Shown one piece after another: positions 26,881-39,607 of a stretch of 64,000 nucleotides of DNA. The DNA comes from Octopus sinensis. Taxonomy: Eukaryota. The notes below the pieces were generated by a model. The model ran no database searches. It was not told the DNA's origin and was given only the letters and a program-made list of their open reading frames with translations. The stretch spans positions 92,628,001 to 92,692,000 of the forward strand of contig NC_043005.1 of assembly GCF_006345805.1 (NCBI RefSeq). The letters run 5' to 3'. Numbering within the stretch: the stretch's first letter is position 1; each line of letters opens with the position of its first letter. The translations under genes were made by a program, and so were the position numbers.

Positions 26881-29545
26881 GCCTATTTATAATTAAAAAA
26901 ATAATAATAAACCACTGACAAAAAGTACTCAAATACCATCTGCGTGGAAAAGATTGAAGCTAAGCATCAAACTTGTTCAATGAGGAAAATAATGCACACA
27001 ACATTAAATGTTATTAACTTTTTCAGTAATTTCCTTCTGGCCATTTTTAAAATTTGCTAATTTTCATGTCTACTCCTGTACATTGTCCCCATTTAACGTC
27101 TATTTTCCATGGGTTTGATGGTTTGACAGGAATCCAAGTAGCTGTAGGGCCACATTAAGATTAATGTCAGCCTTGGTATGGCTTCAACAGCTGTACTCCC
27201 TTAAACCAACCAATTTACATAGTATATTAGGTGTTTCTTTCCATGCCCCTGGCACCAAAGAATTCAACTTATAAAAGAACAGAACGGTAAAAGGAAAGAG
27301 CCTCCTTGACTAAAAGATGGTTCCATATCAGATGTCTTGCTTTAGAGATAGAACTCTGCTTTGCATTATACAAGGGTGGGTGGGAGTAACTAGAAAGAAA
27401 ACAAGTGCTGGAGACAGGACAGCAGAGCATCTAAAGACGCAAGGTGAGAGAGAGTAGTTTCATAAGAATGTGAAAAGAGATGAAGCGGGATATGATGAGC
27501 AAGATGGCAACTAATAAGTATGGCGATGGGGTAAGCTAGAGAAGTAGAAAAGCAGAGCAGACAGGAATGTTGCGAAAGATTGTAGGAATTGTGGTGTATA
27601 ATAGCAAATCTGAGAATATGGCAGGTGGTGTAAGAATGGAATATGGTAGTAGTAGAAAACAGGAAATGGTGTGTGAGTAGGGATGATATTCTGCACCTGT
27701 GTAAGTCTATTGAACCTACTCTCTAAATGGAATGGTCAGCAAAAGCTGGCTTGAAAGGGCAACAGGAGATATTTAGATCTTTTTGGTTGGCTGGAAACTG
27801 CAAACAGCCATGAAATATATTTGCTTCCAACTTGGTAAATTTGCTTGTATTTCATAAGAAGTCCAAAGGATGTCATGAATTACTGTGAATATAATACAAC
27901 TGAAGATTTTAAGACAAAAATATATTTTAGTAAATTTACAAATAGATTTAAATTCTGTTTTTTCTTTTTTGAGTCGATGAAATAGCAGCTGATTCCTCTT
28001 ATTCACTTCTTGTAAAATGAAAGACTTCGATATAATAATAAAAAAAAAGGGATGGTCATTAATGGAACGTCTTTGATCTTGTTCAAGGTTGAGGCCAACT
28101 GTCAAGCATATTTTGTTTTCTATCCGATGATAGCTTTTAAAACATTTTTGCTTCTTTTACAGTGCAGATTTCCAAAACCAACATTAATATACAGCTGACA
28201 AAAATGAAACAGTAACTGAACATGTCAGAAAAACCAAATATCTTTTAATGCTCCTTTAAACATGTGGCTGTCTAAAACTTACCTTCATAACTTTCGTATT
28301 ATGTACATAAATGAGGGACTTCTCAAATTTGTAGTCTAAGGGAAACAACTCTTCAAAAACTAAACTAAAATTTCCCGAAACCTGTAAATAGAGTAAATTT
28401 TGTAATTAATCGTATTAAACACTGATTTTTGTACTACCGAATATATTTTGGATAGTAGATTTAGTTTCTGTATCTTAAAATATAACTTTAAAAATGTGTA
28501 TAAAATTAAAGCAATGATAAAATATTTCCATGTTTTAGATATTGCTGTAAAACGTGGTTTCACAATTTTATTTTGATAAACTCGTTTATGCCAAGGAAAA
28601 CCAGGTTTTCCTTTCAATAAATTTTATATCAATTTTCTTTTAGAGAATATCTTAGAAATGCTGACTGGAAATTTTCATCATTTAACGCCCGTTTTCCATG
28701 CTGACATGGGTCGGACGGTTTGACTGAAAATTGGTAAGCCAGGGAGCTGCATCAATAACTTTTTTGTATTCTGTCAATAGATGATTAAAAAAGTCATAAA
28801 AGAGACATTGCATCATCAAACTGCAATTATTAACAGCTACCATCAAATTTCCTCAAATTTATTCAATCTTGATATGTTCCACTAGATTCATGGCTGTTTT
28901 ATATCATCAAGGAATACCATCTCCTTTCAGACATTTTGTGTTCATAACAACTCCTGGCTAAAAAGTTGTTCTCTGAAAATAAAACTAACAGACATTCCTG
29001 TTTGAATCTGGAAGAATGTAGTAAGAAATAAATGGATGTTGTTCTGTGTGCATCTCATGAATTATTTCCTTCAACTAAAGAAAATTATCAGCTAAAATAG
29101 TTGTACACTTTGAGTATATTTTCAGTTTAAAATTGCAGTTTTCATGTTGCAAGTTTTGTTGCATTAATCAAAATATATCAGCAGAAATAATGTTGTTTTG
29201 ACCGGTTTTTGACAAACACCAAATCACTGATTGCTTATAAAATATTTACAGAACTGTAAAACACAATGCTGCTTAGCAAATCTCAGGAAACACACAGGCT
29301 GTTCATTCTTTCCTTGCATTGTCAGCAGCTGATGCAGACACTTTATTCAGATGTGATGTCTGTGGTTAAGAAGCTAATTTAGTTTGATCTTTCATAATTG
29401 TCAAACCACAACTCACACTCTTCTCAAAATGAAAATCTCAAGAATTAAATCTTTTGTCTCAAACATCAGTTGCAAGTGAAAACATTATTATTCAAGATAA
29501 TCCACATACTTTAGTTTTCCTAAATCACACTTAATGCTTTATTCT

Positions 29546-29750
29546 TTTGTTTCAGTCATATGACTGCGGCCATGCTGGAGCACCGCCTTTAGTTGAGCAG
29601 ATCAACCCCAGAACTTATTCTTTGTAAGCCTAGTACTTATTCTATTGGTCTCTTTTTGCCGAACCGCTAAGTTACGGGGACGTAAACACACCAGCATAGG
29701 TTGTCAAGCAATGTTGGAGGGACAAGCACAGACACACAAACATATATATA
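29546..29750 (-). repeat. tRNA-derived SINE, 3' half (the 5' half is at 31992-32112)
   Basis: Homology to 62640-62860; split by the RTE insertion. Confidence 0.8.
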
Positions 29751-29755
29751 TATTA

Positions 29756-31991
29756 CTGCAGAGATACTCAAAATATCTGGCAGTGTCAGCTATAGCCTAG
29801 TCACCCGTATAGTTAACCAGGTGATACACGAAGGAGTCATACCCAATGACTAGTGTAGCAGCATAATAGTCAACTGCTACAAAGGTAAAGGTGACGCCTT
29901 AGATACAAATAATTACAGAGGTATCAAGTAATGAAGGTCACGGAGAGGGTCATAGCCCAACTAATTAGAGAGAGTCAGTTTAGATGAAATGCAGTTTGGG
30001 TTCGTGCCAGGGAAAAGCACCACTGATGCTATATTCCTGGTATTCAGCTGCAAGAGAAATACCTAGCCAAAGATAAACCTCTGTACCTGGCTTTCGTTGA
30101 CATGGAGAAAGCCTTTGACAGGGTCCCCCGATTCCTTATCTGATGGTCAATGAGGAAACTAGGGATAGATGAATGGTTAGTGAGAGCCGCGCGAGCCATG
30201 TACAGGGATGCTGTTAGTAAGGTGAGGGTTGGCAACGAGTACAGTGAAGAATTTCGGGTAGAGGTAGGAGTCCACCAAGGTTCAGTCCTCAGCTCTCTCC
30301 TATTCATCATAGCCCTCCAGGCAATAACAGATGAATTCAAGACTGCATGCCCCTGGGAGCTCCTCTATGCTAACGACCTTGCTCTAATTGCTGAGTCACT
30401 ATCAGAACTGGAGGGGACGTTTCAGGTGTGGAAGCAAGGATTAGAATCGAACGGCCTTAGAGTCAACCTAGCTAAAACCAAAGTCCTAATAAGTAGGAAG
30501 TTAGACAAACCACAAACGCTTTCAGGTAGATGGCCCTGCTCAATCTGTAATGGTGTAGGTAGAAACTCTATAAGATGTACCCAGTGTAAGTTATGGACAC
30601 ATAAGAGGTGCAGCAATGTCAAAGGAAGGCTAACTGGGAAGATAGTTTTTGTATGTGGCAGATGCTCAGGAGCAATAAACACTGAAAATCTGCAGAAAAC
30701 AACTTCCATCACTTTCCAGGGAGAAAAACTAGAAGTAGTTGATAGCTTCCGTTACCTAGGTGACCAAGTCAGTAGCGGGGGGTGGGTGTGCTGAAAGTGT
30801 AACTGCTAGAATAAGAATAGCCTGGGAAAAGTTCAGGGAGCTCTTACCTCTGCTGGTGACAAAAGGCCTCTTGCTCAGAGTAAAAGGCAGACTGTATGAC
30901 GCATGTATACGAACAGCCATGCTACATGGCAGTGAAACATGGGCCGTGACTGCTGAGGACATGTGTAAGCTCACGAGGAATGAAGCCAGTATGCTCCGAT
31001 GGATGTGTAATGTCAGTGTACATACTCGACAGAGTGTAAGTACCTTGAGAGAAAAGTTGGACCTAAGAAGCATCAGTTGTGGTGTGCAAGAGAGACGATT
31101 GCGCTGATATGGTCGTGTGGCAAGAATGGATGAAGATAGTTGTGTGAAAAAGTGCCAATCCCTAGCAGTTGAGGGAACCCGTGGAAGAGGTAGACCCAGG
31201 AAAATCTGGGACGACGTGGTGAAGCACAACCTTCGAACATTAGGCCTCACCGAGGCAATGACTAGTGACCGAGACCTTTGGAAATATGCTGTGTGTGAGA
31301 AGACCTGGCAGGACAAGTGAGTCCATCCCGTGTCCCTTGCCAGGGATGTAGCCAGCCCACTTATGCATGCCTTTCCTTCATTGGACACGCGAAGACCTAT
31401 TGAGGCAAGTGAAGTCGAAATCGAACCTTATCCAACGACTGGCACCCATGCCAACCTCCCTTCATTGGACACTAGACTCTGCTTGTGAAGACCTGTTGGG
31501 GCAAGTGAAATCGGAATTGAAATTGAACCAATCCTATGACTGGCACCCAGCAGTTGCCAGTGCCGCTGGACTGACTCCTGTGCAAGTGGCAAGTAAAGAA
31601 ACACCGTTTCGATCCTGTGCTTGAGGAGACCTATTGAGTCAAGTACACCAACATCAAAAATCAATGGAAATTGTAGTTTTGATCCCTGTGCCGGTGGCAC
31701 GTAAAAAGCACCATCCGAACGTGGCCGATTCCAGCACCGCCTTGACTGGCTTCCATGTCGGTGGCACGTAAAAAGCACCAATTCGATCGTGGCCGTTGCC
31801 AGCCTCCCCTGGCACGTAAAAAGCACCCACTACACTCACGGAGTGGTTGGCATTAGGAAGGGCATCCAGCTGTAGAAACACTGCCTGATCAGACTGGAGC
31901 CTGGTGCAGCCTCCTGGCTTCTCAGACCCGGGTTCGAACTGTCCAGCCCATGCTAGCATGGAAAACGGATGTTTAAAGGATGATGATGATA
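29756..31991 (+). mobile_element. 5'-truncated RTE-type LINE (copy 1)
   Basis: YKGKGDAL..NYRGIK, QFGFVPGKSTTDA, DMEKAFDRVP, GVHQGSVLS, LLYANDL, FRYLGD, LYDACIRTAMLHGSETW, RGRGRPRK; long 3' UTR ending (GAT)n. Stops and frameshifts present. Confidence 0.9.
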
Positions 31992-33476
31992 TACGACGGG
32001 CTTCTTTGGGTTTCCGTCTACCAAATCCACTCACAAGGCTATAGTAGAAGACACTTGCCCAAGGTGCCACGCAGTGGGACTGAACCCGGGACCATGTGGT
32101 TGGTAAGCAAGCTGTGTATTTTTATGTAAACTTCCACTCCACAGTGAACACTTCTGTATGTCTGATGCTTCATAACCTGATACACACTTTTCAGTTCTAC
32201 AGCCAAGATTTTTATCATCTTAAATTGATTAAATCAGAGGGGAAATGCTGACATATCAGTTAACTGCATGATTGCACGTTGTTCAGCTGCATTTTTTCAA
32301 AATAACAGGGCAGTGCACTGAAAAATGGCAATTTCTAACAACCAGAATACGCCCTTAACTAATTAGAGACGCGGTATTATTTTGTTGCTGTTTCCATTAG
32401 CTTATGGTACTGTAATTTAATAAATTTAACTTCCAGATGAATTTGTCGTACTCCTTACGTTTTTATGCTCATAACGATGTTGATTTCTATTCCTCGTACA
32501 AAGACAATTTTTTACCGGTGTTCCAGTATACATCAACCAACTGGTACATTATTTTTTTTTTGTACATGTATGTATACGACGGACTTCTTTCAGGTACTAG
32601 TCGCGTAGACTGGACCCGGTGCGCGCATCCGCGCTAGCCAGTCGATCCTACAGCGACTTGACTATGCAAATGAGCTGATTGGCGCAACACTGCAAAAACT
32701 AAGTTAATAGCGAGCCCCTACTGGAGCTTAGGAAATATTTTTCAACGATATACGGTGTATATTATTTTAAAGACAATTGTGTTTTTTTTTCGTTACAAAA
32801 CAATTAGAAGCATTGAAAAAAAAGCAAAACAACCTTAAGGACAGTCAAACATTTTTCTTCAAAGTAGACCACTCAAGGCTTTGGTCGGCCCGAGGCTATA
32901 GTAGGACACTTGCCCAAGGTGCCACGCAGTGGAACTGAACCCGGAACCGGGTGGTACTACTTAAGGCGCTAGCTAGCTGTGACTAGTCGATCCTAAGACT
33001 ACCTGGCAAAGTAAATAAAACACTAAATATACGCTAAATATACAAAGCGATCGTATATTTAGCTGTTATGTTGGTGTTCATCCTCACCAGTTAATCACCA
33101 TATGCTTATTTTAAACAATGTAGTCGGTTCGTTTTCCAAATAAAATCTTACATTTTATACTGTTACTATTACTACTACTACTACTACTACTACTTCTTAT
33201 CCATCATAAAAACCTATAGCATAAAGCTGTTAGTGCAAAATGCAATATCTTACCAACCATTTCTATATTTTTAACCGCACCAACTATATCAAATATTACC
33301 ACAGTTACCAACATAGCAGCCAAATCGTATCCTAAGATAAGAAACGGACATTATATGATTCTCTTCCTACATACAACTACGAAAGCGGGATAGTGGATTT
33401 GACCCGGAATTAAATTATATTTTAAAAATTTATTATTGAATATCAGGTTATAAACGAAATTTTTTTTATATTCGCG

Positions 33477-33925
33477 GGCGATCTTTCGTCTCTAGTAGAT
33501 TGCCTCGCGGGCGATCTTTCGTCTCTAGTAGACCTTTCCGTCGATTTCCGTAAAAAAATTTTTTTTTTACATATGGGCTTGAGGGAACTTTTGAAGTAAT
33601 ATACATACATATACACATACACCGAGTAAAAAATTTCAGTAATCTCTTTCTTTCACACATTACTCTGTCTCTTCACACACACTAACAGAAGCACTTCACT
33701 TACACAACATACTGTCTGTCTCCCACACCCCATCAAACACACACACACATGTACATCAATGCTTCACATGCACGGTAACTTCAAAAGAATTTCCCTCGTC
33801 ATACAATCGCTTTCTCTTAGTCTCTTTCGCTCTCATTACTTCAAATGTTCCCGCAAACCCATATGTAAAAAAAAATTTTTTTTACGGAAATCGACGGAAA
33901 GGTCTACTAGAGACGAAAGATTGCC
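33477..33925. mobile_element. Merlin-like MITE with 8-bp TSD
   Basis: TSD tattcgcg at 33469-33476 and 33926-33933; about 70-bp TIRs GGC(G/A)ATCtttcgtctctagtagacctttccgtcgatttccg. Confidence 0.75.
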
Positions 33926-34200
33926 TATTCGCGGTATGAAATTATTGATAAAATTTTTCTATATTTCTTATATAGTGCAACTTAAATCACATCTTCCTAA
34001 TAGAAGCATGAAAAAGAATAACCTAAATCGTCATGTTTTCGAATTAAGCGCCTTGCGATTTCATTGGCTGAAATTGAAAGTTACATGACGATTCTCTAGG
34101 AGTTCGCTGCTGGAGCCAACTGTAGAATATTTAAAGGAAGACGGAAGTTTATTTTTTTAGCGAGTCTGTTGATTACACATAACTATTGTAACTTGTCACT

Positions 34201-34590
34201 ATGTCAGGCCGTGGTAAAGTAAAGGGAAAGAGCAAGACCCGTGCCGGGCTTCAGTTCCCCGTCGGTCGTATCCATCGTCTTCTCCGTAAGGGAAACTATG
34301 CTCAACGTGTTGGTGCCGGAACCCCAGTCTACTTGGCCGCTGTGGTGTTGGAATTGGCAGGAAATGGTGCCAGAGACAACAAGAAATCAAGAATTATTCC
34401 CCGTCACTTGCAGTTGGCCATCCGTAACGACGAAGAATTGAACAAACTTTTGTCTGGAGTGACCATCGCCCAGGGTGGTGTTCTTCCCAACATCCAAGCT
34501 GTCCTTCTCCCCAAGAAGGCCAACAATACAGTAAATGAACTGATTTTCAACAAGAAACGGCCCTTTTTAGGGCCACTACATCTTACGTAA
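34201..34590 (+). pseudogene. H2A: Histone H2A with three in-frame deletions and read-through C-terminus (pseudogene or variant)
   Basis: Open 129-aa frame; deletions of 9, 9 and 21 bp. The frame runs through an intact stem-loop at 34559-34574. The tatttaaagg and ATTGG promoter elements are retained. Confidence 0.8.
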
Positions 34591-34935
34591 AGTTATCTCT
34601 TGACTGTCAATTGCAGTTGTTATATTGAAGCCTATTCTATGGTTGGTATAAAATGCTATGTGTATCTTTATTCATTTGGATATTTCGAATATTTTTTTAA
34701 ATCTGCATTCGGTGTTCCCTTTTCAGATGACATTTCAATCCCTCACTTCGGTCAATATAAGTCTCCTCACCTGTTAACGGAAATAACAAAAAGCCCAGCC
34801 CTCTAGGTGTTAACAGTAGGAAACAAATATGAAAACAAAAAATTGCATAAACGATTCACAAGATCCGATTTTTCCCCCGGCCATGGAGAATCTGAAAAAA
34901 ATTGTAAAATTCCAATTTTTTAAAGAGACTTAATT

Positions 34936-35879
34936 CAAGCAGGCTATCCAGATGCTAGAAATAACAGCCAAATCTCACAAAACTGCAATAACATAAGGAA
35001 AGAAATGCGTAATCAATCTACTCACCTTTCTGCAAAGATCTCTTTCCCGTAGTAATTTATGTGAAATTAATGTGTTATTTGGCTGTTATTTCGGCAGAGG
35101 TAAGGACTGCGGAGATTCCGAATCTGCAAAGAAAAAGAATCGACATTTCAAAATTTTAATTCCCTCCCTGTCCGCCAATTTTTCACTTTTTTAGATCTAA
35201 CCTTTGGCGAAATACGGAGATTATGATCGTGAAAAAAAAAAAACAATTTGTAAAATTTAAATTTTTAAAAAATAAACACCCCTTCCCCTCCGCATATGTG
35301 ACAAAGTGAACATGCTGTGGTTGAAGGTCCTTTGGAATTAAGATTATTTTTTTCTGTAGTTTCCGCTGAGCTGCGGCCATTCTGTGATGCACCGCCGTTA
35401 TGTAAAAGTTAGCATTTTTGCACACACGTGAACACAAAATGACATTTAAACATTTTTTGTTTTAGTAATTCGTACTTCGAAAGTGGCTGTTGATCTTGCC
35501 CCTCTCCACTCCTCTAGCAAAGAAAAAGGGGAAGGGTAATTAAAACTTTGAAAACGTGATTCGTCGTTTGGCTGATGTTTCTAGCATGTCGAGTTTTGTT
35601 GATACGTTTGCTACTTTAGGAGGGGAGGGGTGTTTATTTAGTTGAGAAATTGAAATTTTACAAAATTAATTTGTCAGACTCCTAATCTCCGTACTTCGCC
35701 GAAAAACTGGGGTGCGGAAATTAACTTTGAAATGTCGATTCTATTTGCAGATTCGAAACCTCCGCAGTAGACAAGGTTGGGGTTTCCATAGAAACTGTCC
35801 CCACCTCCCAAATAACCAAAAGTGGGTGCGGTCTGTCCTTACCTCCGCCGTTATTTCTATCATGTGGATAGCCTGCTTA
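34936..35879. mobile_element. Non-autonomous TIR element (AAGCAGGCTAT...TAGAAATAAC family)
   Basis: caagcaggctatccagatgctagaaataac mirrors gttatttctatcatgtggatagcctgctt; degenerate inner inverted blocks. Relatives near 14580, 26050 and 44065. Confidence 0.6.
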
Positions 35880-36194
35880 GAGAGGGTGTTGGGTTTATTT
35901 TATCCCAATATATCCATTTTCCCAAGTTACGAGGGAAAAATCGGATCCTGTTCATTTTCCGAAAGTCCTCCCTAAGTTCGTTTGCGCAAAGTTGTCTCAA
36001 ATTACACCCAGCAAGCCGGTATATTTGTTTTCAATATAAGTACTTTTCTTCACTAAAATAATATCTTTTAATGAACAAGGGACCATCCTAACCCAACAGT
36101 TTCATGGAAATAAACCTTAGTTTATTTTAAATGCAGGATGTTAATATAATTACATATATGTTAACATATACAATGACTCCTAAATAGTACTTTA

Positions 36195-36371
<177 letters not shown>

Positions 36372-36811
36372 CTAGCACATCGCACGACCACCTGATACCT
36401 TCCTCGTTATTTCTCACTGTACTGATGATTCCTAATATCTTAAAATTTACAACCCGCTCCGTCGTCGAACAAAGGCTTGCATCTTACTTTTTCATTTATT
36501 TACCTATACCATATCTGTTTATTTAATCTCTCTACACGGAACTTCCATCTTCTAAAATAATCCGCTGAAAAAAAAAAAGTATCGATAACGTAGGAGTAAC
36601 ATTTGAAAACTTAGGGGAAGGGTAGATTGAGGTGGACAATGTAAATTTCGGGGAGGGCTCCTTTAAAACTTAATGGGGAGATAAATTAGAAAGGATTTAA
36701 AAAAAAAAAATCGCAATCAAACAGTCGAAAGAAAACAATACACAAAGTGTGAGAGGCCCTGAAAAGGACCGTTGATATGGATAAAGCACAAATGCCTCCG
36801 TAATAAGTAAT

Positions 36812-37189
36812 TTACTTGGCTGCCTTCTGAGTCTTCTTGGGGAGAAGGACAGCTTGGATGTTGGGAAGAACACCACCCTGGGCGATGGTCACTCCTGACA
36901 AAAGCTTGTTCAATTCTTCGTCGTTACGGATGGCCAACTGCAAGTGACGGGGAATAATTCTTGATTTCTTGTTGTCTCTGGCAGCATTTCCTGCCAATTC
37001 CAACACCTCAGCAGCCAAATATTCCATCACAGCGGCCAAGTAGACTGGGGCTCCGGCACCAACACGTTGAGCATAGTTCCCCTTACGGAGAAGACGATGG
37101 ATACGACCGACGGGAAACTGAAGCCCGGCGCGGGATGAGCGGGTCTTGCTCTTTCCCTTTACTTTACCTCCTTTACCGCGTCCAGACAT
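36812..37189 (-). CDS. H2A: Histone H2A, intact
   Basis: 125 aa; true ATG at 37189; stem-loop at 36755-36770; tatttaaagg, CACGTG and CCAAT upstream. Confidence 0.97.
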   Translation of the reverse strand: MSGRGKGGKVKGKSKTRSSRAGLQFPVGRIHRLLRKGNYAQRVGAGAPVYLAAVMEYLAAEVLELAGNAARDNKKSRIIPRHLQLAIRNDEELNKLLSGVTIAQGGVLPNIQAVLLPKKTQKAAK

Positions 37190-38095
37190 ATTCAAAGATT
37201 GGCAGTAGCTTTCAGCAAAATACTCCAAATGATATTTCTTTGGGCTTCTTTTGCCTTTAAATACAAGTTAGGAGGCTCCAGCAGTCACAAGCTGCTAAGC
37301 GAAAACGAGCGCGGGCTCATGTCACGTGATTAGGCTGCTGTCAAAATCCACCAATGAAATTGAAAGGCGCGCAATGCCAGCTAGTTGCTTCGCTGAGCCT
37401 TCTTGTCAATTATAGAGTAGGCAAGCAGTAATTTCACTTGTACCCTGGCAGTTTTTTCTAGCGGTGTCATATGAAACTGTCACCCTAGTATCGATCTATT
37501 GCATTTCAATCTGTTTTAGGTGTGGGGGGAAGGGTATCTTTTTTTTCTTTACAAATGTAAATAAACCCAATCTGTTTCTTAAACGAGGGACATTCATACG
37601 GCACAATGTTTTTTTTTTTTACCTCAGTGGACGTCAGTGATTGGTTGAAATTGCAGAAAAAAACAAATATATTTGTCCGAAATCTGAATTTCGTGGTAAT
37701 GGGGAAAAACATAAATCAAAACATTAGAATTTATTTTTGTAGGCTGTTAAAAAGTACCAAGATTCCTTCCCAATCACTTGCTTCTAACCAGTTAACTGAA
37801 AGAATTCTTCCGGGTGATAGATATGCAAGTTACGAGTACAAAGAATTTGGGTGTAGTAAACATCTAAAATGCATGTTAAATAACCATTTCAGAAAGTGGA
37901 GAAATCAACCGGGTGGAGACCTAGCATGCATTATGGCAAATGTGGCATTGTAAGACGGGAAAGGTCAGTAATGGTGAACGGACGTAATTCTAATCAAAAG
38001 TAAAATCGCAAATCAGAAAGTCGAAAGTAACAATCGTGAGAAGATGGGTGGTCCTGAAAAGGACCGTTATTCGCTGAGCAAAGAACTAAGTAGAT

Positions 38096-38473
38096 TTACT
38101 TGCTGCTGGTGTATTTGATGACAGCGTTGGTACCCTCAGAGACTGCGTTTTTGACCAACTCACCAGGGAGGAGAAGACGGACAGCAGTCTGAACCTCACG
38201 GCTACTGATGGTCGAACGTTTGTTGTAGTGAGCCAAACGGCTGGCTTCTGAGGCTATTCTTTCGAACAAATCGTTGACAAAACTGTTCATGATGGACATA
38301 GCTTTGCTGGAGATGCCAGTGTCGGGGTGGACTTGTTTCATTACTTTGTAGATCTAGATGGAATAACTTTCCTTCCTCTTCTTCTTTCGTTTCTTGTCGC
38401 CGGCAGGGCGAGAGACCTTGGCCTTGGAAGCCTTCTTGGCTCCTTTCGAAGCAGTTACTGGCGCTGGTGGCAT
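38096..38473 (-). pseudogene. H2B: Histone H2B pseudogene
   Basis: MPPAPVTASKGAKK... with in-frame TAG at 38354-38356 (YSI*IYK). Substitutions in conserved C-terminus ([17 protein letters not shown]). Stem-loop at 38050-38065 intact; promoter replaced by a LINE. Confidence 0.92.
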
Positions 38474-39607
38474 AATTTCAAAATTTCTTTATTATCCATA
38501 CGGATTAACACAGATGGGGTCAACATGGGACTGTTTACAATAAATTCGGGTGGGTTATTTACAATGAAAATTAAATAAGGACAAATAAACAAATGAAGAT
38601 AAAAGAACAGGATAGCCGACCCCACGAGCCCTGTTATTTCAGCTGAAACCTTTTGGTAGGTGATCATGGCGTGTTCATGCAGGGCCTTTCACACCCAGCA
38701 TCCGTGCTACACGCATCCATCTTTTTTTGAATATAGACTCTGTCAGACACCTTTTCTCTAGCTCCACCTTTTGGTGGTAGAGAAACCTGGTTTCGTCGCA
38801 GACTAAGATCGAATAAGTGGTATTCGGAGTGCCGAAAGGCTCTCCTACGCTTCCGCAGCTCGGGCAATGCCGGTGGCTTTGGTACTACCGCAGGTTGGTA
38901 GAGGCCGGAAATGACGATACCCTGGGAAGAACCCTGGGTCTCGATGGTAATCAGTTGGACAGCCTGTTCCAAAGGACTTTCAATTTTAAAGATTGACTCA
39001 GGTGACAGCTGCACTCTTCCCTCGTCCGACAACAGGTGTTCGGCATAAACCCACACTTCCGAAATTTCCGGACATTGAACAATGGCGTGCAGGACTGTTT
39101 ACACATCCTGCCCGCATCTTGGACAGGCCGAAGGTCCACTGTGACCATGCCTTGTGAGTTTATCTCGAATGGGTAAGGCTCCTCTGTAACACTGCCAGGC
39201 CAGGGATTTCTGAAAGTTATCCAGCGTCCCCGGCCTGAAAGTCCTTTGGAACAGGCTGTCCAACTGATTACCATCGAGACCCAGGGTTCTTCCCAGGGTA
39301 TCGTCATTTCCGGCCTCTACCAACCTGCTATAGAACGCTGCGGTAGTACCAAAGCCACCGGCATTGCCCGAGCTGCGAAAGCGTAGGAGAGCCTTTCGAC
39401 ACTCCGAATACCACATACTCGATCTTAGTCTGCGACGAAACCAGGTTTCTCTACCACTGAAGCTGGGGAACGACTGTTTTGCGAGCGGGGACCACACCCG
39501 ATCACCTTCCAGGTGGAGCCAAAGATGCATCAATAGCCAAGGCATCCCTAACCCACCCTTTAACGGCTTTTGACAGCAGATAGATCGTCTCACAAGAGGA
39601 TTGGAAC

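Noticed and set aside
31690-31830. CRISPR-like repeat-spacer pattern (also 19475-19690 and 63670-64000)
   Set aside because: The repeats are degenerate, the spacers are related to each other, the context is eukaryotic, and no cas genes are present. They are LINE UTR or coding repeats.
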